Positions 18,614-28,040 of a stretch of 64,000 nucleotides of DNA are shown in pieces. A program made the translations under genes and the position numbers. Under the pieces are notes generated by a model, which saw nothing but the letters and a program-made list of their open reading frames with translations, was not told the origin of the DNA and searched no databases. Position 1 is the first letter of the stretch, and the number at the start of each line of letters is the position of its first letter. The stretch is taken from contig CAWAUM010000012.1 in NCBI GenBank assembly GCA_963785235.1, positions 32,001-96,000 of the forward strand. The letters are read 5' to 3'. This DNA comes from an uncultured delta proteobacterium (GTDB lineage: Bacteria > Desulfobacterota > Desulfomonilia > UBA1062).

Positions 18614-19438
18614 TCAGCGCCTGCGCGGGCTGCCCGGGCTGCCTGCCTGTTGTGACATCCTGAGGAGTCTCTCCCGTGTGCGCACGGGCGATGCCGAGGT
18701 GGCTGCCGTCGCAGGCGGCCTCGACCTTACCGACATGGTCGGGGGCCCGCTTGTGCGCACCGGGGGGCCGGTGCGCGGCAGGATGCCCGTGGACGGTGCC
18801 CTGGCCGGATATCCGGGTCTGACTGCTATAGAAACAGGCTGCAACTGCAACCTCAAAGGACGCACAGTTCCCGTAGACCTGGCCCTGCTCACAAGCACCT
18901 GTTCCGTAGTCTGCTGGGCACGCTGCTGATGGATGTCGCGCGGGCGCCCTGTCGAGCCCGATACGGCCCGGTGTGTTGCCTCAATGCCCGCAGGGGTGAA
19001 CATTGTGAACAGCTGGATGACCTGCCCCGTAGCCCTGGCCCTGTCCATTGCGGTGCGCGAGTCCGCACCCCTGCTCCGTTGCACTACATAGCTCATGGCA
19101 GTGAACGCATCGCTCCTCAGGCTGTCCAGGTCGGCGACCACCTGCCTGCACCACTCGGCCACCGGGTCCGTGGTGGATACTACCTCATCAGGCCCTATTG
19201 CGGATATGGCAGGGCTGCCCCGCCTGGATTCGGGGATCAGCATCCTCCACTCCTGAGGGATGTACCGCTGCCGGATGGTCTCGTAGGAAGGGGGCGGAAC
19301 CACGCCCTCCACCTCGGGGAATTCCCTCCTGAGGAGGGTATGCATCACCTCAGGGTCATCCAGGTTCAGGTGCGAGTCCCGGTACCGTTCTCTGATCTCG
19401 TGGAGCATATCCAGAAATTCTTCGGCAGTTACATACAT
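18614..19438 (-). CDS. Hypothetical protein with Arg/Pro/Thr-rich C-terminal half
   Basis: 274-aa ORF with GAGG upstream, filling the gap between the phosphatase and FHA genes. Confidence 0.55.
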   Translation of the reverse strand: MYVTAEEFLDMLHEIRERYRDSHLNLDDPEVMHTLLRREFPEVEGVVPPPSYETIRQRYIPQEWRMLIPESRRGSPAISAIGPDEVVSTTDPVAEWCRQVVADLDSLRSDAFTAMSYVVQRSRGADSRTAMDRARATGQVIQLFTMFTPAGIEATHRAVSGSTGRPRDIHQQRAQQTTEQVLVSRARSTGTVRPLRLQLQPVSIAVRPGYPARAPSTGILPRTGPPVRTSGPPTMSVRSRPPATAATSASPVRTRERLLRMSQQAGSPGSPRRR

Positions 19439-19572
19439 AGGGATACCTCTGTTTTTTTACCTAGACTCTTCTCTCTATCAGAGCATAATGCAGACGGTTG
19501 TTTACCGAGCACGCTTCCCTGAATCAACACTGCTTTTACAAGAGGGCCTGCATGAATCGAAGCGCTATCTCC

Positions 19573-19601
19573 TTGACACATGCCCCCTGAGCCTGTAATT
19601 T
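19573..19601 (+). promoter_or_regulatory. Possible sigma70-type promoter for the FHA gene
   Basis: TTGACA-N17-TAATTT 10 bp before ATG 19612. Confidence 0.4.
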
Positions 19602-19611
19602 CTTCAACCGT

Positions 19612-20610
19612 ATGAAGGAACTGCCGGTTATCATTGTCAAGCTCGTGCATATCCAGGGTCCGCTCATGGGCCAGATCCAGGAGTTCACCGGGGACACCAT
19701 CACCATTGGAAGGCACCCGTCCTGCCAGGTGCAATTTCCCACAGATATCACCTCCATTTCCCGCAACCACGCCGAGCTCGTCCGCGATGGCAACCGGTAC
19801 AAGATCGTTGACCGCAGCACCAACGGCACCTTTGTGAACGGCAAGCGGGTGAGCGAGGCATTTCTCAAGGATGGCGACGTCATCATGTTCACCGAAAACG
19901 GCCCCAAGGCGAGCTACCTTGCCGAGATAACCGATGCCGTCAGGGCAGAGCCGGTCAGTGAACCCCCTGTCCCAGAGCCCGTTCAGCCTGAGAGGCCTGC
20001 CGAACCCGTTGCACAACAACGCCCTGCTGAACCGGCTATTGTCTCTCTTGAAGCTGCACCGGTACGTCCGACTGAGCCTGCCCGGCAGGCCCCCCCGGTA
20101 AAACCGTCTGCACCAGTGGGCAAGGCGGCCCCCAGCGCACCGGCAACTCCTCCCCAGGAGCCGCCCAGACCGGCCGGGCAACCGCGCCAGACTCTCCAGA
20201 AGGTGCAGGTTCCCCTCATTGTCCAGTTCGGCCCCATGCTCAAGTCCTACAAGGAGCTGCCCATTGTCATAGGCAAAAAGGCCGACGCCGACTTTGTGCT
20301 CAACCACACGGCCATTGTCGAAACACACGCCCAGATCTTCTTCAGTCAGAACCAGTACTGGATCAGGGACCTCACAGGCAGAAACATCATCACCATAAAC
20401 TGCATGCCCATCGGCTTCGAGGCGCCGCTGAAGGCCCAGGACATCATCTCGCTCGCCCCTCATGGTCCGGCGCTGAGATTCCTCGGCGAAGGAAGGCTTG
20501 CCGAATACGAACAGGAGCCTGCCGAAGAGGCACCCCAGCCTGCGAAGCCCGCAAAACCCGGACCCGCGAAAAAGACCTCGAAATCCATCTTCGATATCTT
20601 CAAGAAATAG
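19612..20610 (+). CDS. Double-FHA protein with Pro-rich linker
   Basis: FHA1 intact (IGR, SRNHA, STNGT); FHA2 degenerate (IGKK, ETHAQI). Confidence 0.9.
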   Translation: MKELPVIIVKLVHIQGPLMGQIQEFTGDTITIGRHPSCQVQFPTDITSISRNHAELVRDGNRYKIVDRSTNGTFVNGKRVSEAFLKDGDVIMFTENGPKASYLAEITDAVRAEPVSEPPVPEPVQPERPAEPVAQQRPAEPAIVSLEAAPVRPTEPARQAPPVKPSAPVGKAAPSAPATPPQEPPRPAGQPRQTLQKVQVPLIVQFGPMLKSYKELPIVIGKKADADFVLNHTAIVETHAQIFFSQNQYWIRDLTGRNIITINCMPIGFEAPLKAQDIISLAPHGPALRFLGEGRLAEYEQEPAEEAPQPAKPAKPGPAKKTSKSIFDIFKK

Positions 20611-20624
20611 ACCCCCTGCCCCCC

Positions 20625-21032
20625 CTAGCAGTTCATGAGGATGCGCTCGCCGTCTATCTTCACGTCGTCATTGGCCTGAAGGTTCACGTTTCCGAGCTCG
20701 GCCGTGATGTTCTGGATCCGTGCCTTGGTGGTGAGGTCGCCCACCGCGCAGATGTGCGCGTCACCCCCGGTGGTAAGGGCAATGCCGTCGCGGCCATGGA
20801 TGGCCAGGCTCTTCGCATTGATGGCCAGGTCACCGTCGGTCTTGATCATGAGGCCTGCACCTTCCAGGTGCAGCACCGGCCCGGCATCGGTGATGGTGAT
20901 GGTGAGGCTCACCTTTCCGTTGGCGCTTGTAATCATGAGGCGGTCTTCCTGCTGAGATTGTTCAAGAACGAGGTGCTGATCGCCCTGGAGGTCGATTACC
21001 TGGATTGCCGTTGTCTCATTTTTTGTCTCCAT
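20625..21032 (-). CDS. VgrG-associated small beta-strand protein (spike-like)
   Basis: Directly after vgrG; beta repeats; ends DDVKIDGERILMNC, similar to the VgrG end GATIKNNC. Confidence 0.6.
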   Translation of the reverse strand: METKNETTAIQVIDLQGDQHLVLEQSQQEDRLMITSANGKVSLTITITDAGPVLHLEGAGLMIKTDGDLAINAKSLAIHGRDGIALTTGGDAHICAVGDLTTKARIQNITAELGNVNLQANDDVKIDGERILMNC

Positions 21033-21045
21033 ACTTTCCTCCGAG

Positions 21046-23211
21046 TCAGCAATTGTTCTTGATCGTGGCGCCTTCCAGCGTGATGTTGCCGCCTGTGCTG
21101 ATAGTGATGCCGGAAGGACCTATTGATATGGTCGAGCCGCCGGCATCGATGGTTATGGTTCGTGCGGCGGTGATGGTGATGCCGCCCGCACCGGAGGAGA
21201 TCTCTAAATTTGTATGCCCATTCAACATTGCCTGACCGGACGGCGCATTGAGGTACATGTCACCTCCCGTGGACCCGAAGAGGGCATCAGCGGACGCCAT
21301 AACGACACGCCTGCCCGTGGCATGATCCTCGTGGTCGGCGTCCACCTCCACGACCAGGCCCGAGTGCACGGTAAGGTTGTAATTGCCCGTGACTTCCTCG
21401 ATGCGGTTGGCGCCTGCTGTCAGCCGCTCGTCGCCGCCTTCAATGGTGACTGCCCTGCCGCCCCTTATGGTCTGGGTCTCGCCGCTGGTCACGGCCACGT
21501 CGCGGCCCTGCTCCACCAGGAGGGTCTCGCCCCCATGGATCGTCCTGGTGCAGCTGCCGGTCACCTCGATGGTCTCGTTGCCCGACACGGTCAGGCTGCG
21601 ATTCCCGCCCACTCCCACCGAGTCGTTGGCGGTCACCGTGGCGCTCCGGTTGTTCTCCACCACGATGTTGTGGTCCTTCTGGGCGTGGATGAACACCTCC
21701 TCCTCGCCTTTTTTGTCCTCGAAGCGGATCTCGTTGGAGCCGCCGCCTCCCAGGCTCGATTCCGACTTGATGGTGCTCTTGGTCTTGTCGTCCGGCAGCG
21801 TATACGGCGGGGTGTTGGAGCCGTTGTACACGCTGCCGATGATGATGGGCCTGTCCGGGTCGCCCTCAATGAAGCTCACGATCACCTCGTGGCCGATCCG
21901 GGGGAGCCACACGGCGCCCCACCCCATGCCTGCCCAGATCTGTCCCACCCGGATGAAGCACGTGGTGTTCTCGTCGTACTGGCCTTCCCTGTCCCAGTGG
22001 AACTGCACCTTCACCATGCCGTGCTCGTTGGTGTAGATCTCCTCGCCCTCGGGTCCGGTCACCAGGGCGGTCTGGACCCCCACGACGACGGGCTTGGGAG
22101 TCATGAGAGGAGGCCTGAAAGGGATGCTGTGCGGAATGCACACGAAGCTGTTGGAATAACTGGCCTCGCTCTCGGCACCGCTCCCCGCAATGGGCTCGCC
22201 GGCCGAGTGGTTGATGGCCGTCAGAACGTAAGGCCGCTCGTTCATGTCGTCGCGGTGGTATTCCTGGAGGGTGAAACGGAAACCGCTGATGAATGCCCGG
22301 CAGTTGCTCGTGCCGGAGAGCACCGTTATCTGGGCCTCTTCGGCCTGCATGCGCATGTCCGCGTAGCGCTCGCCCTCGCGCACGGACATGTACTCACCGG
22401 GGTAGTCATACAGCTCCCGGTCTCCCTGGCCCACAGTAATCCTCGTGGGCATCTCTACCCTAAGGTCAGTGAGCGGCATGAGGAAGTTGAAGTCCTTGGT
22501 GGTGTACTTTCCGAACCGGATCTCCTCCCCCCAGCCGAGGTTCTTGATCACGTCTTCGGTCTCCAGGGTGGTCTCTCCAGTGAGCTGACAGTGGACATTC
22601 ACCTGGTGGGGACAGTCCTGGTGGGCGTCGGACGAGTCGGCCATGACAAGAAGATGCCGGCCGTCCTCGTGCTCGAAGAAGTAGAAGATCCCTTCGGCCT
22701 CGAAGAGCCGGGAGATGAAGTTGAAATCCGACTCGTGGTACTGGACGCAGTATGCCTTTGCCGTGTATTCGCCGGACAGCCTGAATTCGAAGTCGGCGAA
22801 CTCCCTGTCGGCGAAGATCTGCTCCACGATCTGCTGCACGGTCTTTTCCTGGAATATCCTGGAGTTCACGGTCCTGGTGAGCAGCCAGAACCAGGGGACC
22901 ATGGTGGCCGAGTACGTGGCTATGTTCAGGTACTGCTCCTGGTCGGAGCCGTCGCCGAGGCGATCCTGGGAGAAACGGCAGACGATGCCGTTGATGTATC
23001 TCCGCTCGTCGTCGCTCAGGCCGATGGACACGGTCACACTCTGCCCGATGATGTCCCGCGGGTTGATGTCCGTATCCTCGGAGGCGAGCGTCAGCTCGAA
23101 GCCGAAGGGCTGGGAGATCCCCTCTGACCCGGAGAATCCGGTGAGCAGGAGCGTTTCTTCGCCAAGCGGGGTGGCAATGGAGAGAAGACGGTTTTCCTGG
23201 GTCAATGTCAT
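21046..23211 (-). CDS. tssI: T6SS spike protein VgrG
   Basis: YCVQYHESDFNFISRL, QTALVTGP, VKVQFHWDR, PRIGHEVIVSFIEGDPDRP, HAQKD. Confidence 0.97.
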   Translation of the reverse strand: MTLTQENRLLSIATPLGEETLLLTGFSGSEGISQPFGFELTLASEDTDINPRDIIGQSVTVSIGLSDDERRYINGIVCRFSQDRLGDGSDQEQYLNIATYSATMVPWFWLLTRTVNSRIFQEKTVQQIVEQIFADREFADFEFRLSGEYTAKAYCVQYHESDFNFISRLFEAEGIFYFFEHEDGRHLLVMADSSDAHQDCPHQVNVHCQLTGETTLETEDVIKNLGWGEEIRFGKYTTKDFNFLMPLTDLRVEMPTRITVGQGDRELYDYPGEYMSVREGERYADMRMQAEEAQITVLSGTSNCRAFISGFRFTLQEYHRDDMNERPYVLTAINHSAGEPIAGSGAESEASYSNSFVCIPHSIPFRPPLMTPKPVVVGVQTALVTGPEGEEIYTNEHGMVKVQFHWDREGQYDENTTCFIRVGQIWAGMGWGAVWLPRIGHEVIVSFIEGDPDRPIIIGSVYNGSNTPPYTLPDDKTKSTIKSESSLGGGGSNEIRFEDKKGEEEVFIHAQKDHNIVVENNRSATVTANDSVGVGGNRSLTVSGNETIEVTGSCTRTIHGGETLLVEQGRDVAVTSGETQTIRGGRAVTIEGGDERLTAGANRIEEVTGNYNLTVHSGLVVEVDADHEDHATGRRVVMASADALFGSTGGDMYLNAPSGQAMLNGHTNLEISSGAGGITITAARTITIDAGGSTISIGPSGITISTGGNITLEGATIKNNC

Positions 23212-23274
23212 GGTCTCACTCCTTCCGTAAGGTCTATCTTTTTTTCCATGATATGCCTCTTTCTTTTACTTCAG

Positions 23275-23330
23275 CCTGATCAAAAGATTGATTTCGACGG
23301 CTTTTTGTCGAGATCAATCTTTTGATCAGG
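23275..23330. repeat. Long near-perfect inverted repeat (24-bp arms) upstream of vgrG
   Basis: CCTGATCAAAAGATTGATTTCGAC-GGCTTTTT-GTCGAGATCAATCTTTTGATCAGG. Confidence 0.9.
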
Positions 23331-23364
23331 TCAATACTCCCGGCTATTCCCACGGAGAAACCCT

Positions 23365-24522
23365 TCACGGCCACTCCGCCCGCAGCGGCATGGCGGCGAG
23401 CTCATCGGGCATATAGGGCCTCAGGGCCAACGCAGAGCCCCGCCAGAGAATGCTCACGCGGTCCTCATCGGGTTCTATGAGCACGGTGTGCATGACAGGC
23501 TCGGTGGGGTTCATTTTTCCATTCCTGCCGTCGGTGAAGAGACGTGGGGCCTTAAGCGGAAGCTTGATGCGCAGAGCCTCCAGACGGGGATGCATGTTGC
23601 CCAGCCAGATCTCCTCGCCCTCCTTAAGGTACGGGACAGCAAGCCCGGGCGAGGCGCCGTTTGACATGAGGAATGAACCCTGTGCGTCCGGGGCGCGCTC
23701 GGTGGTGATCCAGGAGGGTGCGAGCCCTCGTCTGACCTCGGCAGGTATCGCACCTTCCGGTTCGAAGTAGGGCACGATTCCGGCATAGGAGATGCGGGGG
23801 AACCAGCTGTAGTCATACCAGTCCGTGGCCTGGGGTAAAGGCATGCGGATCCACTGCTGGTGGTCGAGCACCAAGAGTTTTTCCGGAGTCAACGGGTCTA
23901 ATGGATCTTCCAGGTTGGGCAGTTCGATGGCCTGTGCGGCCTCCTGCTCCGGCTCGATAAGGTAGCCCTTGCCGCAGGTGTTGCGCGGGTAGAGGAAGGG
24001 GCTCGCCATGTCCATGTCGCAGTGCCGCTTGTCCACACCCGGGTGCAGCTCCAGGAACGGGTTGCCGTACTTTTTCTCAGCGACCTTGTCGCGGCCGCCG
24101 TAGGCGTGTGTGTATGCGAGCGGCACCTTGTCCACGGGTGCGGGGTCGGAAAAGACCAGAGCGCCACGTGAGTTCAATGTGCAGCGCCTGTCCCCGATGA
24201 CGAGAATACGCTTCTCCGTGACATGCGCACGGACGGCCGCTTCGAAGATGGTCCTGCCGCCTCCGTAGGCATGGCCCTTGATCACCACGTCCGTTGCCGG
24301 CTTGAAGGGGTAGATGTCGCTGTCCTGAACAAGCAGGCACTTGATATCCGGGTGGTCTTCGAGCTCCATGACCAGGGGAATCTGCTTTCCCGCCGGCTCC
24401 AGCCGTCCGTCGGGCATGATGGCATACGTTATCTTGAGCAGGACGGCCAGGATGAAGCGGCCTTCCGGATCCCTGCCGGAAAGCTGGATGACTGACGGAG
24501 AAGGTGTGGTCTGTACAGGCAT
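23365..24522 (-). CDS. DUF2169-family T6SS adaptor
   Basis: DIYPFKPATDVVIKGHAY, VPLAYTHAYGG, NTCGKG, LPNLEDP, TVLIEPD. Confidence 0.9.
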   Translation of the reverse strand: MPVQTTPSPSVIQLSGRDPEGRFILAVLLKITYAIMPDGRLEPAGKQIPLVMELEDHPDIKCLLVQDSDIYPFKPATDVVIKGHAYGGGRTIFEAAVRAHVTEKRILVIGDRRCTLNSRGALVFSDPAPVDKVPLAYTHAYGGRDKVAEKKYGNPFLELHPGVDKRHCDMDMASPFLYPRNTCGKGYLIEPEQEAAQAIELPNLEDPLDPLTPEKLLVLDHQQWIRMPLPQATDWYDYSWFPRISYAGIVPYFEPEGAIPAEVRRGLAPSWITTERAPDAQGSFLMSNGASPGLAVPYLKEGEEIWLGNMHPRLEALRIKLPLKAPRLFTDGRNGKMNPTEPVMHTVLIEPDEDRVSILWRGSALALRPYMPDELAAMPLRAEWP

Positions 24523-24537
24523 GAATCCTTCCTTCCT

Positions 24538-25431
24538 CTAAAAATTCCCGGTCTGGCCGCCGCCACCCATGCCTGAGCCCCCGTGATCCGCCGGGCCCGG
24601 GCCGTTGAGATAGCCCTGGGCCGCGTCTCCGGCCGCCCCGCCCGGGGTCCACAGGCCCACATCACCGCCGTCCGCCCCCATGGGGCCGCCGCCGAAGAAG
24701 CCGGTGACCGCATTGACCGCGTTGCCCAGACGGGCGGGCACGTCCCTGGCGAGCATCCGGGAGTATGCCTCCCTCTGGGACCGGGCAAAGTCCCTGGCAG
24801 CCTGGTTGATCATGTTGCCGGGTATGCCACCCCGGTTCCTGAGCAGTTGCTTGGCCGCGGCCCTGCTCATGACCTGGGGCCCGAACCGGCCGAGCAATCT
24901 GCCGGCCATATTGCCGATGCCGTTGCCCAGGGCATTGAGGACAGTCTGGACACACCAGTCTATGGCCATGGCGGTGAACCCGTACCTGATGTCGGCCAGA
25001 CTCATGTTGGTATAGACCGATACAAAGGCGATGACCACCCCGGTGGGTGTGGGGCAGGGTATGCCGCAGTCGAGGTTCATGTTCACGGTCTGAAGCACCG
25101 CGGCCCCTATGCGCTGCCCCTGGGACTCGGTGCTCGCCGGGCCAAAATACGACTTGGACGCGCTGAAGGCCATATCGATGGGCAGCGTCACGGATGGCGC
25201 CCCCACGTGCGGGATCAAAGGACCCACATCGGTGGGCACCTGCATGGTCCAGCCGAACCCCTGCTGCACATGAGTGGTGGCGGGAGAGGCCTTTACGCCG
25301 ATGCCGAACATGGTGGTGCAGGTCTTGTACGGCACGGGCGACGGCGCAGGCGACGGGGAGCCCGGTGGCCACGGGATGTGGAAGTCCACACCCATGATGG
25401 GGTGCCATTGTTTCAATACCGCGCACAGCAT
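24538..25431 (-). CDS. PAAR-like tip protein with hydrophobic, Gly-rich extension (candidate specialised effector)
   Basis: HPIMGVDFHIPWPPGSPSPAPSPVPY and DVGPLIPH resemble divergent PAAR-like N-termini; lies between two DUF2169 genes. Confidence 0.55.
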   Translation of the reverse strand: MLCAVLKQWHPIMGVDFHIPWPPGSPSPAPSPVPYKTCTTMFGIGVKASPATTHVQQGFGWTMQVPTDVGPLIPHVGAPSVTLPIDMAFSASKSYFGPASTESQGQRIGAAVLQTVNMNLDCGIPCPTPTGVVIAFVSVYTNMSLADIRYGFTAMAIDWCVQTVLNALGNGIGNMAGRLLGRFGPQVMSRAAAKQLLRNRGGIPGNMINQAARDFARSQREAYSRMLARDVPARLGNAVNAVTGFFGGGPMGADGGDVGLWTPGGAAGDAAQGYLNGPGPADHGGSGMGGGGQTGNF

Positions 25432-25456
25432 CTCTTGTCCTCCTTGCGCTTGGATC

Positions 25457-26419
25457 CTAGCCCTCTGCCAGGAGCTCGCACGATCGCTTCACCAGGGGCA
25501 CGAGCACGTAGCGGAACGGGTAGCGGTAGGTGATGAAAACCTTTTTCTTGTCCACCTCGACCCCGATCTGGTCTATGGCAGGCTCCACGAGGTTGATCTC
25601 CTGGCCGAAGCACAGCCTCACCATGAGCCCGGAGTGCGGTAGATTGAATTCCACTGGCCCGGCCGCGCTCATCCCGGTGATGCGCATCCGATCGCCCTCA
25701 TGGACAGAAGGTGCGACCATGGAGGGAAAGGCCTGGTTGAAAAGGGTGGGCTTCATCTCCCTGAGCTCAAAGGTCTTCTCATCGAAGACGAGCGATTTTT
25801 CCAGCCGGGGCCCGAAGGCCATGCCGCAGTGGGAAACGCCCACGGGATCGGGCTGGTCGTTCCACGCGCGGATGAGGTTCATGGGGTCTTCGATATTCGG
25901 CAGCTCCTTGCCTATGGCATTGGCCTCTTCCAGGTAAAATCCCTTGCCGGAAGGGTTCTTGGGGAACGGCACAGGCAGGCCGTCCCAGAGGTCTTTGCCG
26001 CCATAGGCATATGTCAGGGTGAGCGGGATCTCCCTGAAGGGGTACGGCGGGCTCGGCACCAGAGCGCGAGCCTCCTTGCGCCAGATCCTGGGGCCGAAGA
26101 CCTTGATGGATGCCTTGAAGGAATCCCCGAGCTCCACGGTCACGTCCATGCTGGTGGCCTCGCCGCGCTCCGGCCGGGCAGAGCCGAAGGCAAAGATATC
26201 CACCCCGCCCCGGTAAAACACCTCGTCCGAGTCCATGGGCCCATACTCGCATTCCCAGGGCGGAGGCGAGACCTTCCACGTCTGCTCGGACGAAACCTTG
26301 AGCATACGGCCCACCATGTCATAGGTCACCCGGGCTATGACGGCGCCAAAGAGGCGGCTTTCGTCGATGCCGCCCCGGAAGATCATGGCCGGGTAAGGCG
26401 TCGAGTTCACGAGCTGCAT
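25457..26419 (-). CDS. DUF2169-family T6SS adaptor (second copy)
   Basis: MQLVNSTPY, IPLTLTYAYGG, NPSGKGF, LPNIEDP, FNQA. Confidence 0.85.
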   Translation of the reverse strand: MQLVNSTPYPAMIFRGGIDESRLFGAVIARVTYDMVGRMLKVSSEQTWKVSPPPWECEYGPMDSDEVFYRGGVDIFAFGSARPERGEATSMDVTVELGDSFKASIKVFGPRIWRKEARALVPSPPYPFREIPLTLTYAYGGKDLWDGLPVPFPKNPSGKGFYLEEANAIGKELPNIEDPMNLIRAWNDQPDPVGVSHCGMAFGPRLEKSLVFDEKTFELREMKPTLFNQAFPSMVAPSVHEGDRMRITGMSAAGPVEFNLPHSGLMVRLCFGQEINLVEPAIDQIGVEVDKKKVFITYRYPFRYVLVPLVKRSCELLAEG

Positions 26420-26501
26420 ACTCTACCCTGAAGGCGATAGCATCGCTGCATCACGCATGTTCTCCTTGGACAACGCACTGAAATTTCGATACAACCATAT
26501 C

Positions 26502-27983
26502 ATGACGGTCTTGAATCCCGAAACGATGCTCTCCATCCGCAGCACCTTCCTTCAGGCAGGCTATACCAGAACCGGCATCCTCGAGAGGATCCGGGCAGGC
26601 GATTTCCCCGCGCTCAAGGCGAGCGACATACCCATCCTCATGCGTCACACCCAAAGCGGCTCCGCCCTGGACACTCTCATCAGGCTGTTCCTGGTTGAGG
26701 TGCCGTGCAACAAGGACGCCGTGAGCGAGGCGATCACACCCATGGACGTGTCGGACTGGGCCGAGGCCGGTCTCATCACCATGAACGGCTCTGAAGTGCT
26801 TGCTGCCGTGAAGGTCCTTCCGTTTCACGATCTCCTCCTTGCCTTTGACCTGCCTTCCATGCTCACAGGCGATTCCGGGCGCGACTATGTCATGGGTCTC
26901 GGCGCCAGCACGCTGACCCTGGCCAACCTCACCATCCGCAAGGCCTCGAGCCTCACCCTGGACATGGGGGCCGGCTGCGGGCTGCAGGCCCTCCTGGCGG
27001 CCCGCCATAGCGAAAAGGTCATTGCCACGGACATCAATGAGCGGGCCGTGGCCTTTGCCAGGTTCAATGCGGCGCTCAACGGCATTGAAAATGTTCAGTG
27101 CCGCAGGGGCGACTTCTTCGAGCCCGTCAACGGCATTGAGTTCGACCTCATCATGAGCAACCCGCCCTATGTCATCTCGCCCGAGCACGACTATGCCTAC
27201 TGCAGCGCCGGTCTGGCAGGCGACGAGCTGTGCAGGAAGATCGTGCAGGAGGGAAGCGCCCTGCTCGCCGAAGGCGGCTTCTGCCAGGTCCTGTGCAACT
27301 GGGCCGAGTTCGACAAGAGCCCCTGGATGGAGCGAATCAGGGGCTGGGTTGAGGGCAGCCTCTGCGATGCCTGGGTCATGCGCTCCCAGTCCCGGGACAT
27401 CACATCGTATGCATCCACCTGGATCCGTCACACCGAACCCAGGGAGAACGGCATTACCCAGGAACGCTTCGAGAAGTGGATGCGCTACTATGATCATATG
27501 GGCATCTCGAGAATAGGCGCCGGCATAGTCACGCTGCGCCGCAGGACCGGCGGACAGAACTGGTTCAGGGCCGACGAGGCCCCGAAGAAGATGCTGGGCC
27601 CCTGCGGGGAAAATATCCTTATGGGTTTTGCCCTGAGGGACTTCCTGGAATCTTCAACGGATTCGGATCTTCTAGCCGCCAGGCTCGTCCTCTCGGCCGA
27701 TGCCAGGCTCAAACGCATCTGCACACCGGCCAGTGGCGGCTGGAAGGACACGTCCCTGAAGCTGAGCCTTGAGCGCGGATTCGTGTATTCCGGGGACATC
27801 GATGGGGTAATGGCCAACTTCCTCATCGCATGCACAGGACAGAAAACCCTCCGGGAGGTCCTGCAGGAGAGTGCAGCCGACATGGGCGTAGCGCCTGATT
27901 CCATAAAGGATGCGTTTGTGACCATGGTCAGGCCCCTTGTGGAGCAGGGGTTCCTGTTTCCGGTCACAGCCACACAGCCCTGA
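26502..27983 (+). CDS. Class I SAM-dependent methyltransferase (HemK/MTS-like) with C-terminal winged-helix-like domain
   Basis: LDMGAGCG, ATDINERA, FDLIMSNPPYVI. Confidence 0.85.
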   Translation: MTVLNPETMLSIRSTFLQAGYTRTGILERIRAGDFPALKASDIPILMRHTQSGSALDTLIRLFLVEVPCNKDAVSEAITPMDVSDWAEAGLITMNGSEVLAAVKVLPFHDLLLAFDLPSMLTGDSGRDYVMGLGASTLTLANLTIRKASSLTLDMGAGCGLQALLAARHSEKVIATDINERAVAFARFNAALNGIENVQCRRGDFFEPVNGIEFDLIMSNPPYVISPEHDYAYCSAGLAGDELCRKIVQEGSALLAEGGFCQVLCNWAEFDKSPWMERIRGWVEGSLCDAWVMRSQSRDITSYASTWIRHTEPRENGITQERFEKWMRYYDHMGISRIGAGIVTLRRRTGGQNWFRADEAPKKMLGPCGENILMGFALRDFLESSTDSDLLAARLVLSADARLKRICTPASGGWKDTSLKLSLERGFVYSGDIDGVMANFLIACTGQKTLREVLQESAADMGVAPDSIKDAFVTMVRPLVEQGFLFPVTATQP

Positions 27984-28040
27984 GCGATCCGCCTGGAGAT
28001 CATGGGAAAGGCGGGTTTCATCACCCTTGTTCCCATCCTT

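Noticed and set aside
21214-23127. Long antisense ORF over vgrG, and similar ones over clpV, tssM and the methyltransferases
   Set aside because: Typical shadow ORFs of GC-rich coding DNA with no recognisable motifs
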